A DNA stretch of 31,364 nt from Verrucomicrobiales bacterium (GTDB lineage: Bacteria; Verrucomicrobiota; Verrucomicrobiia; Verrucomicrobiales; V1-33): the NCBI GenBank assembly GCA_031411295.1, contig JANOAV010000109.1, forward strand, positions 1-31,364, in the 5' to 3' direction. Shown in pieces: positions 1 to 9,261 of this stretch. Below the pieces are notes generated by a model. That model was not told where the DNA came from. It did not search any database and saw nothing but the letters and a program-made list of their open reading frames with translations. Numbering within the stretch: position 1 is the first letter of the stretch; every line of letters starts with the position of its first letter. A program made the translations under genes and the position numbers.

Positions 1-1467
1 AATTGGCACCGCAGCTAAAACCACGCACGCTTCGGATTCAGACAGATCACTCCATCTCCCACCTACCTTTACACGCAGTTTCTCGCAATACCGCTTTCCT
101 GGAACCAATCCCGTTCTGGTAGCCGATGTGGCGTTGAGTGGGAGATTCTCTCCAAACTGGAAGGGGCCGCCATCAATGCTATCCCAGATTTCCTTTGCTT
201 CATATGGCTCGTTGATATCGTTCCACGTAAGTTCCAGACTTGTGTAGCCTAGTGCTGTTGCCCTCACGTTGGTTGGCGTGGGGATGGCTGGCTGCGTCAG
301 GCAGGCCACGTTCGACCACGCGCTCCAGATACCATCAACCATTACCCTAGCGATGAAGCAATACTGTGCCTTTGGGATAAGATTGGTGCGCACAGCCGCA
401 GTCCGTCCTGCTTCGACATTTTCGCCATGCACATAGCCAGCTCCGTTGAGGCTCTGCTGCAATTCCAGCTTTTCGTAAGCTCCGGTCGGATTTTGCCACG
501 TCAGTCCCGCACTCCCAGAGTCAACTACCGTCGCCACCAAATTGGCGGGCGGAGAAATCACAGGCTGGGATATGAATGCTGGTGCGGAAAGCTCGCTCCA
601 TCGCCCACCAATCATGAACCGGACTTTAAATCCATAGCTCGCCCCAGGTTGAAGGCTATCGCGAAGAGCATTGCTCCTGTCATTGGGCACATTCTCAATC
701 CAGTTGTAGCTTCCTCCATTTAGATTCTGATAAATTTGAATTTCATCCACACCTGCTGGCAGGGACCAAAACACTCTCGCTTTAGTCGGGCTAATTGCTT
801 GAGCGGTCACAGAGGCTGGCGGGGGCACGGGGGGGAGTTGCAGGGCGATAGATTGTGGAGCAACAGCCAAGGCACTCCACCGCCCAAAAATCTGCACTTG
901 CACACCAAGCTGCCAGACAGAACCGGTGGCAAGTCCGGTGCGGACTGAGCGTGAGACCGTAGTTGGCGAGTTTTCACCGAAGAACCAGACCGAACCGTCG
1001 CGGTTTTGCCATATTTTCACCGCTTCACTGCCTGCTGGCAAAGTATAGTCGATAGCGATGCTGGTTCCATCGACAGCCGCCGCCCTCACTCCCGTTGGAG
1101 CCGGGACCGGGGGGAGACAGACCGGTGCTGAGTAGGCACTCCAGACCCCGTCCACTTTAGCTTTCATTTTGAAACAGTAGTCTGCACCAATGGTCAGCTG
1201 GTCCCTCACAGCACTCGTCGCCGTTCCATGGACGTTTTCGCCCAGCACGAAACCAGCACCGTTTCTGCTGTCATCAATTTGGTATGCCTGCACCACGGTG
1301 CCAGGGGGTTTTACAAATGAGATGCGCGCGCTCGTGGAGGAAAGCGGAGTAACCACTATCTGGGTGGGTGGGTCCGCTGCGGATGCTGTGATCAGCCCGC
1401 AGCCAAGAAATACCAAAACCAACCTTATTTTAGCAAAATATTTCAGTGTAGTTATTTGTGTTTTCAT
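1..1467 (-). CDS. Secreted tandem fibronectin type III repeat protein (partial, continues beyond left edge)
   Basis: Not in the ORF track. Translated by hand from ATG 1467 with no stop to base 1: MKTQITTLKYFAKIRLVLVFLGCGLITASAADPP (signal peptide), then at least five ~90-aa repeats, each with a proline-rich start, (G)EN and G(R/V/I)WS motifs. Confidence 0.88.
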   Translation of the reverse strand, partial: MKTQITTLKYFAKIRLVLVFLGCGLITASAADPPTQIVVTPLSSTSARISFVKPPGTVVQAYQIDDSRNGAGFVLGENVHGTATSAVRDQLTIGADYCFKMKAKVDGVWSAYSAPVCLPPVPAPTGVRAAAVDGTSIAIDYTLPAGSEAVKIWQNRDGSVWFFGENSPTTVSRSVRTGLATGSVWQLGVQVQIFGRWSALAVAPQSIALQLPPVPPPASVTAQAISPTKARVFWSLPAGVDEIQIYQNLNGGSYNWIENVPNDRSNALRDSLQPGASYGFKVRFMIGGRWSELSAPAFISQPVISPPANLVATVVDSGSAGLTWQNPTGAYEKLELQQSLNGAGYVHGENVEAGRTAAVRTNLIPKAQYCFIARVMVDGIWSAWSNVACLTQPAIPTPTNVRATALGYTSLELTWNDINEPYEAKEIWDSIDGGPFQFGENLPLNATSATRTGLVPGKRYCEKLRVKVGGRWSDLSESEACVVLAAVPI

Positions 1468-1488
1468 AAAGTGTGAAGTTTAGAGCTG

Positions 1489-3477
1489 TTACCGGCTCAA
1501 TTTATACCAATTAGGGGACGTATTATTCCAAAGCACGTCCCAAGCCTTTTTATGCACGTCTGGATCGCTCATCGAAGTGAGGTGATCCGATTGAATTCGA
1601 GCACAAAAGATTTGACCCCTCCTACTGCACTCAGCGAAGGCCGTGATTGGGAATCCTCTACGCCTCGTCTCACAATTCCATTGAAAACCGAGTTGGCTAA
1701 ATTTCGGCACTACGTAGTCTCCCGGCCCCCATCCACCAACACGCACATCCCAGTTAGGGACTATTACTGAGTAGAAATTGAAGGGAATTGATAGATTTTG
1801 TAAACGTATTTTTCTATATGTTTTTCCTACGGCTGTTCTATTTTTCTCTGTGTAGAAAATTGTATATTTAATTTCACTTTGATACGGCATTGATTTACCA
1901 TTAATGTAAGTAAGTTCGGGATTCCTGGTCTCATTCATGGTGAATTTCTTATACTCATATGGCTTGGAGAAATTCCAAACTGGACTCAAGTTCCTGTATA
2001 CGTCCTGCGGGTATTTCGACTTGGACCAACTGAGCACCCAATCAGGAAAATTCTTTAGTCCATAGATGGGCATTGCTTTGGGTTCCACGGCTGCAACAGA
2101 ACCCAAATGCGGCCCTTGGATCATTATTAAATGATTGACTAGTTTTGGAGAATCCTTTTGAAAAACAAACATGGCCCGGGTGATTAAGCAGCCCTTTGAG
2201 TGGGCTATTATATTTACCTTGTCTGCATATGTCTTACTCAGTAATGTTTTAATTTGATCATGCAGGTGCCACCCACCATCTTTTAAGGTGATATGATTTC
2301 GGTCAATTGTTGGGTAACCTGGTATTATGAGTGTGTGCAGCGTTGGGTAAAACGGGTTGTGAACGGTTCCGTAATAGTCTGGAATGTGTTTTGTTTTGTA
2401 GTCCCTATACAAGTAATTATAGCCATTTGGATCACCCTTTGTAATTGTCCAAAATTTGTCCTTAAATGCATTTTCAAATGCTTCAAAAGTCTTGTTTCCA
2501 CCATCTAAGTTGGCTGAGACAAATGGCTCTAGAGGAAACGGAAGGCCCGCTACAGCATCAATGCCAGGGACAAAAATAACCGGCAGTGGAATCCATACGC
2601 CGACTTTTCGCTCAACATTGGCGACGGTGGCGGTCACTTTAACGAGTGCATTATTTGTGAAGCGAGGGATTTTTGCTGCTTCCAAATCAAATTCTATTGG
2701 ATTTGCCTGAAGCGATGGGATGGGCTCGAGGTTATCTGTTAGATAAACTCTTTTTGACAGGAGCGCTCCATTCACATCCACAAATAAATCAACTGGGTAT
2801 GTTTTGCCGACAAAATCAGAAGACATTTGGACTTCTAGTATCCGTGAATTCCTCATCCTGACGTAATTAAACTCAAACCGCCGAATAAGATCTGCTGGTG
2901 GCGGGGGCTTTACCTCAGGGTCAGGGCCATGAACGGTCCCATATAAATATATTCCGCTATCCTGATTCACCACTTCGCCAAACGAATTCAATGTTTTGTA
3001 TGTAAACCCAACACTGCTGTCACGGTTTTCAGCAGCCCCGGCAGCCTTTGCTGTGACTGTATAAAATACATTTACGGTGGCATGCTCCGATAATATTGTG
3101 TTTTTCCCAATGGGGCAAATTGGAGTTGGTGCGTAGGGATCTACGTTGGTTAAATCGTGTTCTATTCTGGTAACTTTGACGTCGTAAATTGCTGAACTTT
3201 TCGCATAGGAGACGAAATCCCAGCCAACACGATGTTGATCCGCCCAAAGCCAAGGCACGTAAACCTTGGCGGTATATGTTTTGCTCACGGATTCTCCAAC
3301 CTTTAAATCTGGCAACTGCTCCCCGAAAAGGGAGGCAATCCCGAGGCAATGTAGGATAGAAATTGCGAACAGCGGAGGGCGGCGGCCATATCTACGGTAG
3401 TGGAGAAGAGTGCTCAGCACCGAGAAGAGAATTTTTTCGAACACGCCCACTGCATTCCACAAAGAATTTGATCGCAT
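1489..3477 (-). CDS. Secreted alpha/beta-hydrolase (lipase/PGAP1-like) with N-terminal beta-rich domains
   Basis: PVIFVPGI oxyanion strand, IIAHSKGC nucleophile elbow, GPHLGS, GDYVVP (acid), SDHLT (His); hydrophobic PPLFAISILHCLGIASLFG segment. Start uncertain (ORF is open to 3618). Visibly AT-richer than the core genes. Confidence 0.75.
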   Translation of the reverse strand: MRSNSLWNAVGVFEKILFSVLSTLLHYRRYGRRPPLFAISILHCLGIASLFGEQLPDLKVGESVSKTYTAKVYVPWLWADQHRVGWDFVSYAKSSAIYDVKVTRIEHDLTNVDPYAPTPICPIGKNTILSEHATVNVFYTVTAKAAGAAENRDSSVGFTYKTLNSFGEVVNQDSGIYLYGTVHGPDPEVKPPPPADLIRRFEFNYVRMRNSRILEVQMSSDFVGKTYPVDLFVDVNGALLSKRVYLTDNLEPIPSLQANPIEFDLEAAKIPRFTNNALVKVTATVANVERKVGVWIPLPVIFVPGIDAVAGLPFPLEPFVSANLDGGNKTFEAFENAFKDKFWTITKGDPNGYNYLYRDYKTKHIPDYYGTVHNPFYPTLHTLIIPGYPTIDRNHITLKDGGWHLHDQIKTLLSKTYADKVNIIAHSKGCLITRAMFVFQKDSPKLVNHLIMIQGPHLGSVAAVEPKAMPIYGLKNFPDWVLSWSKSKYPQDVYRNLSPVWNFSKPYEYKKFTMNETRNPELTYINGKSMPYQSEIKYTIFYTEKNRTAVGKTYRKIRLQNLSIPFNFYSVIVPNWDVRVGGWGPGDYVVPKFSQLGFQWNCETRRRGFPITAFAECSRRGQIFCARIQSDHLTSMSDPDVHKKAWDVLWNNTSPNWYKLSR

Positions 3478-3656
3478 GATCTGCCCGGGAGCCGCCCAAA
3501 ATGTTCGAATTGGTTCAGAATGTGACGTCCCGCTTTGTTGGTGAAAGTATTTCATGAGATATTGCGTTGCTCGTAGCGTTGCATTGCTTGTATGGGCGAT
3601 GGCGAGGAATGCAAGCAAAATTGTTGCGGAATTCGGAAATAGGTGAACCTTACCCG

Positions 3657-5069
3657 ATGAACCAATCCGATTCCGCTCAAGACGATTTGCAGATCAAAAC
3701 GCAGATCCACATTGACAGAGAACGTCTCTTCCCAGGACAAACACTGACTAAGGTCGCAAAGACCTTGGACATCCCTGCCTCTGTCCTCTCTCGATTGGAA
3801 AGAGGGAAGACAGAAGCTCCCTCCGAACGAACACGACGGGCTCTAGAACAAGCGGGACTATGGCCTGCGTCCGGCAGTGAGGTCGCACATTTTACTACAT
3901 CCAAAGGCGGGGGAATACCACGTGGTGCCGTTCGCCTGGGGGCAAACGTGGCCCAACGCACGCTGCGCGTTGCCACCAGCCTCTCCATCCGGGCTGCTCC
4001 CGCCGCCCTCGCAGCGATGCAGTCCCCCAATCCAAATAGCCCCACTCAGTATTGCTTTGGTAAAAGGGCCGATGGCGAATTTGATTGGACTGGGCAGCTT
4101 CGTCTGGAAAATTACCGGGCACTCTGTGGAAGTGCGGGTAGTTTTCCGCGGAATTTTGGGGTTCGTGAGTTGACTCAGTTACTCAGGGAAGGACAGGTGG
4201 ATTGCTTGATTGCGGCTAGTCGCAATTACAAGGATCTGTTGAACAGAGAACTGATACCGATTGCGCGAGTGCTCAACTTTCCCGGAAGGACACAGATGTG
4301 TCTCATCTATAAACGCGGTAGTCTTGCTGAGAAGATTCACCACGGATTTGTGAACCAGGGAATCCGCAGCCCAAAGGTGACGTATGTTCTGCGGGCTCTG
4401 CTAGCCCACTCAAAAGAGTTGGGTGCTAAACTATGGGTGCCCATGCTTTACCCCCAGCGGGCCACATCGGAGGAAGGGGCCGTGTCCCTTGACAAGAGTT
4501 TCAGAAAAATGGCGGAGTTTCCTAGCCTGTTTGAAAGCAAGGCCTACCCGGTGAACCCGGACGATCCGGCGATACTGGTAGAGGAAGCAAAAAGAGCATG
4601 GGAAGAGAACGATATGCTCCTAATTTTGTGGGCAGAGCCATTTCTCAGTCGACTGATAGAGCTGCTCCAGCCGTCTGACTTGGCAAGAGCGCAGACCCAA
4701 AGCTCCTCTATACCGAACATCGCCACTGAGGCCCACCGGGGCTTACCACTTTACGACATGATGGTCGCCTGGGACTCACCCGTCTGGCAATGGACCTCGA
4801 TCGATATGATGGTGACCCGCGATTTAGCACCTGAGAAACTGGATAGTCTGCGAAGTCTCTGTCGTCAGATGGAACTCACATCAGCGAGGCTCCGTCATGG
4901 ATTTGCAGAACTAGACCTAGGTGTCCAAGAAAACCTGCAAAACCCGGACATTAAAACCATCTGCTCCCTTTTTGGTGTCAGCGAACTGATAGCGGCGCGT
5001 AATCTTTCCCGCATGGATCTCTCTTTCCTATTTTATCCAGCCTACGATGAAATTTTCCAGGGCAGGTAG
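3657..5069 (+). CDS. XRE-family HTH regulator fused to a probable PBP2-like ligand-binding domain
   Basis: TLTKVAKTLDIPASVLSRLERGKTEAPS is a cro/XRE HTH. LRVATSLSIRAAPAALA and LTQLLREGQVDCLIA resemble type 2 periplasmic-binding folds. Start 3657 preferred; the ORF-track start at 3567 overlaps the divergent ORF. Confidence 0.65.
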   Translation: MNQSDSAQDDLQIKTQIHIDRERLFPGQTLTKVAKTLDIPASVLSRLERGKTEAPSERTRRALEQAGLWPASGSEVAHFTTSKGGGIPRGAVRLGANVAQRTLRVATSLSIRAAPAALAAMQSPNPNSPTQYCFGKRADGEFDWTGQLRLENYRALCGSAGSFPRNFGVRELTQLLREGQVDCLIAASRNYKDLLNRELIPIARVLNFPGRTQMCLIYKRGSLAEKIHHGFVNQGIRSPKVTYVLRALLAHSKELGAKLWVPMLYPQRATSEEGAVSLDKSFRKMAEFPSLFESKAYPVNPDDPAILVEEAKRAWEENDMLLILWAEPFLSRLIELLQPSDLARAQTQSSSIPNIATEAHRGLPLYDMMVAWDSPVWQWTSIDMMVTRDLAPEKLDSLRSLCRQMELTSARLRHGFAELDLGVQENLQNPDIKTICSLFGVSELIAARNLSRMDLSFLFYPAYDEIFQGR

Positions 5070-5096
5070 ATCGTCTATTTTGCCACTCGAACTAGG

Positions 5097-5450
5097 ATGA
5101 CCATCCCCGAACAACTCACCGCCAATTTCTATCGCTGGGAGGGGCGGGGGCGGGGTGTGCAGTTGTTTGATGCTCCGGTGGAGTTGGAGCCGCCGTTTGT
5201 GCCGTTTCCGGGGCATCGGGTGGTGTTAGATGGCCCGGTGGATGCAGGGCGGAAGGAGTCAGTGTTTTCTAAGTTGGCGGGGAAGGTTTTTACGGCGTTG
5301 CAGGCTCCGAAGGTGGAGGTGGCTGCTACGCGAGAAATGGCAGTGAAGGAGGCGGAGCAGCCGGAGGTTTACTGGTTCGGGAAAGAAGAAGAACCACTCT
5401 ATGAATTCACGGTGCGGTTGCCATCGAGTGTGTCATATGGTGCGGAGGCG
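5097..5450 (+). pseudogene. Truncated N-terminus of a probable T4SS coupling-protein-like (TraD/VirD4-type) gene
   Basis: EQLTANFYRWEGRGRG...PVELEPPFVPFPGH...VDAGRK resembles the N-terminus, recalled from memory, of large T4SS DNA-binding-domain proteins in Verrucomicrobia/Bacteroidota. No ATPase domain follows; the frame ends at 5561. Confidence 0.5.
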
Positions 5451-5679
5451 CGCCTTTTCGACGGAAGCACTAAATGCGATAGAGCGGGCCATCCTGCTGC
5501 AACCAGATGCGATCACATTGCTGGGCACAAAAGACAGTCTGCTAGTGGAACTAAAGCGTGAAACCGAAGCGGAGCCCATCTTGACCAAAGTGCTGAGCGA
5601 AACCACATCCGATGTCGATCTGTCAATCTGTTCGATTTATCTGGGCATCATTGCCAAGCGTCAAGCGTCGGGGAAATGA
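5451..5679 (+). pseudogene. TPR-like gene fragment lacking a 5' end
   Basis: EALNAIERAILLQPDAITLLGTKDSLLVELKRETEAEPILTKVL...SIYLGII shows a TPR pattern, in a different frame from the preceding fragment and without a credible start. Confidence 0.5.
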
Positions 5680-5893
5680 TGAACTTCAACTATACTACGA
5701 ACATCTGGGCACTGAGAATTCGGCCTTTGAAACACTCGGATGGTTGCAGGAGCGCGCGAAGGAGCTCACGCAGGCGATCTGACCCGCAAGGATCTGAGCA
5801 TGGAGGACGGGCTTTTCCCGGCTACGCGACAAGGCGAGGCATTTCTTGGTGCTCCGTTTGATCCGCCCGCTAAAACGAGCAGCAATGGCGTTC

Positions 5894-8839
5894 CTAAATC
5901 CCCTTGCCACTCGGGCCGCGGCGGATGAGTCGGAGGCTATCCAGACGCATTCTCGGTGCCGTCAAATGGGTTTGCAGGGTGGCCATTTGCGCGGTGACCC
6001 GCTCGATTTCCGCCGTGCGTTGGGCAGTGGCGGTCATGCTTTCCAAGCGGGTCTTCTCGGCAGTTAGGATCAGGCCCATTTGGTGGGCGGCTTTGGCGGC
6101 CAATTCCTGAGCTTTGATTTCCGCCCGTTGATTCAAATTGCGGAGCATGCCTGGAACCAGATTGTGGAGTGGGCGGGCATTGTTGCGCAGCCAGTCTTTG
6201 CGGCCATTGCGGACGTTTTTGTTCACCAATTCCGTGGTGTAGGTGCCACTAAGGTCTTCCAGTTCATGAGAAACGACGACGCGGACGGGAGTCGGGGGCA
6301 TGAAGCGCCAGACGTGGAGCAGCGGATCTGCCGGGGCTGGTTCGGCCAGGTAAATGCCTTCCAAGAGCACCAATTGCGCGCGCTCGTCTTCCCACACGAC
6401 ATACGCGGTGTTGCCAATCGCAGTGCTGAGCAGCCGCTCGGTGGCTTTGGCAATCAGCTCGCTATCCCAAGTCAGGTGTTGCAGGGCTTCCTGAGCGATC
6501 GCGGTTTTTCTGGAATAAGTCAGGCCGAACCCTTCTTTTGGAATCGCTTCCAAATGTTGGATTGCTTCCAAGTTCCATTTCACCTGGCAGGAACGCCCGG
6601 GTTGCTGCTCGACGGAAATTCCGGTGTGTTCGAGCACCCGATTGGTAAAGAGATCCAATGAGAGATCCTCATCACTGCTGTGCATCCGATGCAGGGCCTG
6701 TTCAGAGTAGGTCGGACGACAACTGGCGTTCTCCAGGAATTCGTCCCGGTGTTTGTCTATTTTCTTGAGGGCAGAGTCGAAAGAAGCGTTCGATTTTTTG
6801 ATCAATGCCTTCAGTTCGTCACCAATTTTCGGGTTATGCCGTGCGCCAATTCGTTTAGCCAAGTCCAACGCCGTCTTGCCATGTTCTTCGCTCACGGCGG
6901 CCTGAGCCGTAGAGTAACCGCCGAAGGCATGGAGCCCTTCCTGGAGCCAGCGCCCCAAAATTTCCTGAGGGGTGTCTTCCACATAGGGGATCATGATCTT
7001 GACGGATGAATTGGAGGTGAAGTCAAGTAAGGAAGCTCCGATCCGTGCTTCTGTGGCGGTATGCGGAGCATCCCAAAAGACGAGGAAATCGACGCCAGCG
7101 AAAGCGCGCCCGCAGGTGTCTTCCAATCCGACCACCATGGCGGCAAAATCAACCGTAACGCTGTGGGGTTCGTGATTCACGAGGACAATCTTCTCAGGCA
7201 ATTTCTTGGTCAGCACCTTGGCCACGGCCATGGCTCGGGCGCGATTGGCACAGATCACGAGTGCTTTAGGAGACGGCGGCGGCGGTGGTGGGGTTTCCAC
7301 GCCTTTGGCGAGAGGCGCTGCTGCGGGAAGGATCGGCGGGGCGATTATTCCGGTGAGCCAAGTGGCAGCCGACGAATCCATCGCACTCGCCGAGGCTTTG
7401 GTCTTAGGGGTGGAAGGTTCGGCTTTGCTGGCAGTCTTGAATTCCTCACGCAATTCATCGCGAACTTCAGGCTTGGTCTCCAAGCGAATCCAATCTACTT
7501 CATGAGCGGGGATTTTGCCGATGCTGCGCTGGGTGTTGTGGAAGACTCTCCGGCCGCATTCCTGAGTGTCCAGCAAGTGCTCAATCAACTGATCGCGGGC
7601 CGATTCTTTGTCCTCTTTCCAGGACTTGATGAAATCTTTCACCTTGGCATCGTTGGCGCCCAACGGTTTCAACAAGGCTTCGGTTTCACGGTCGATGTCA
7701 GCGGCCTTGGCGGCTGCCAGCACGCCGATTTCCAGGGCTTCGTTCTCCTTGCGGTGTTTGGCATATTTCCGTGCCGTGGGAAAATCTTCCGGATCCAGCA
7801 AACGCAATCTCCCGAAGTGGCCTTCAGGGTCCGTCTCAGGCCCGGCCGAACTAAGTAACATGAGGCTGCGCACTCCACCTGCGGCCTCTTCGATGGCGTT
7901 ATAAACCGAGCCAGGATTGGCTTCGCTGTAGGGCAGTTGTTCCGCCCCATCAACCACCAGCACGTCCAATCCCGCGGTAGCGGCAAAATGGCCAGGTTTG
8001 CTCTTGAACAATTCCAATGGGCAGGAAAACCAAGCAGGACCTTCGGAAACAAACGGGTTGAAGGCAGGCGCGGCTGGTTCGTCGTCTTTAGTTTTGGCGC
8101 TCTTCGCGCTTTTCGCGGCTTTTTTGGCAGCAGCTTTAACGGGTGGGGTCAGTTCTTCTGCGCTCAAACGGGTAAAGGAGAATCCGAAACGACGCGTGAG
8201 TTCCAGTTCGCACCAATCGATCTCGGCTTCGGGGACGAGCAGCAGCACTTTGGAGGCACTGCCCGCCAAATGGAGCCGCTGTAAAATCAACCCAGCTTCA
8301 ATACGACGTCCCAATCCCGGTTCGTCCGCGAGTAAAACCCGGGGGAAGGTGGCTCGAGTGGCCTGAGTGGCCACGTAAAGTTGATGAGCGGTAGGATGGA
8401 AGCGGCCACCCAGCAATCCTCGTAACGGAGCCCGGAAAGTCTTGAAGCGTCGATAAAGTGCCCGGTGGCGCAGATTGTAAATCCCCTTGTCGTCCACCTG
8501 GGCGTTGAGCAGCCGATCGATCGGCTTGCTGAAGGTCAGGGAGTCCGAGAGTCGGCTTTCATCGATTTTCTTGCCCTTGCTGATATAGATCACGAGTCCA
8601 TCTTTCTCGGTGACTTCCTCGACGATGAAGGATTTACCTTCCTGGGTCTTGAGGATATCACCCATGGAAAAGATCACGCGGGTCAGCGGCGGAGCTTCAA
8701 TGGTGTAAACACGTGTCGTTTCACTCGAAGGAAACACAATGGTGACTTTATCTGGTTCGGACTTAATAACCAAACCGAGCCCAAGTTCAGGTTCTGTCTG
8801 ACTGAGCCAACGTTGTCCGGGAGCGAATCTGGATGCCAT
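5894..8839 (-). CDS. rapA: RNA polymerase-associated RapA/HepA homologue, predicted ATPase-dead
   Basis: GQRWLSQTEPELGLG N-terminus, RVLLADE, HFGRLRLLDP, RWLQEGLHAF, RFMPPTPVRV and RLDSLRLI are collinear with RapA. Catalytic motifs are substituted (see findings). Confidence 0.88.
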   Translation of the reverse strand: MASRFAPGQRWLSQTEPELGLGLVIKSEPDKVTIVFPSSETTRVYTIEAPPLTRVIFSMGDILKTQEGKSFIVEEVTEKDGLVIYISKGKKIDESRLSDSLTFSKPIDRLLNAQVDDKGIYNLRHRALYRRFKTFRAPLRGLLGGRFHPTAHQLYVATQATRATFPRVLLADEPGLGRRIEAGLILQRLHLAGSASKVLLLVPEAEIDWCELELTRRFGFSFTRLSAEELTPPVKAAAKKAAKSAKSAKTKDDEPAAPAFNPFVSEGPAWFSCPLELFKSKPGHFAATAGLDVLVVDGAEQLPYSEANPGSVYNAIEEAAGGVRSLMLLSSAGPETDPEGHFGRLRLLDPEDFPTARKYAKHRKENEALEIGVLAAAKAADIDRETEALLKPLGANDAKVKDFIKSWKEDKESARDQLIEHLLDTQECGRRVFHNTQRSIGKIPAHEVDWIRLETKPEVRDELREEFKTASKAEPSTPKTKASASAMDSSAATWLTGIIAPPILPAAAPLAKGVETPPPPPPSPKALVICANRARAMAVAKVLTKKLPEKIVLVNHEPHSVTVDFAAMVVGLEDTCGRAFAGVDFLVFWDAPHTATEARIGASLLDFTSNSSVKIMIPYVEDTPQEILGRWLQEGLHAFGGYSTAQAAVSEEHGKTALDLAKRIGARHNPKIGDELKALIKKSNASFDSALKKIDKHRDEFLENASCRPTYSEQALHRMHSSDEDLSLDLFTNRVLEHTGISVEQQPGRSCQVKWNLEAIQHLEAIPKEGFGLTYSRKTAIAQEALQHLTWDSELIAKATERLLSTAIGNTAYVVWEDERAQLVLLEGIYLAEPAPADPLLHVWRFMPPTPVRVVVSHELEDLSGTYTTELVNKNVRNGRKDWLRNNARPLHNLVPGMLRNLNQRAEIKAQELAAKAAHQMGLILTAEKTRLESMTATAQRTAEIERVTAQMATLQTHLTAPRMRLDSLRLIRRGPSGKGI

Positions 8840-9139
8840 GCTTCTTAGGGGAATTGGAAAATACGGGGTAAAGCCAAGTTGTAGTCGGTTTTCTGCACGA
8901 TATCAAGTGATTGCTAGCTTGATAGTGAAATTCCCTGTTAACACTTGATTATGAACGACTTAAGTCATTAACGAGAGTTGATTTTCAACTGTTAATTTTA
9001 TCACATGTGAGAATGTTCTTAATTTCGAACATTCCGGGGTCCTTGGACGGACCGATAAAATAGGTATAATCCATCGATGCAAAAACGTCCGGAGTGCCGA
9101 GGTTAACTTTAGATTTCGACATCTGCCAGCGAAGGTGGA

Positions 9140-9162
9140 TCAGCCCGCTGGGCTGAACTCCA
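9140..9162 (-). repeat. REP-like palindrome (TGGAGTTC family)
   Basis: TGGAGTTCAGCCCAGCGGGCTGA on the minus strand; same head and stem design as the copies at 31139 and 31191. Confidence 0.5.
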
Positions 9163-9261
9163 AAGGCGTGAGTTGTCCAGCGGACTGCGGAGTGCGGACT
9201 GCTCCACATGCTGACAGTGGTCCTGCGGGCACCGGTTGGACCGAGTGGATCAATTGTGATG

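Noticed and set aside
427..1483. Plus-strand ORFs of 98, 70 and 97 aa, and similar short antisense ORFs throughout the window
   Set aside because: Shadows of longer, motif-bearing genes on the opposite strand or in another frame.
5894..8839. rapA pseudogene
   Set aside because: Uninterrupted 981-codon frame with conserved termini; the changes concentrate on catalytic residues.
8985..9209. 74-aa minus-strand ORF
   Set aside because: Runs through REP-like and heptamer repeats, with no recognisable motif or start signal.
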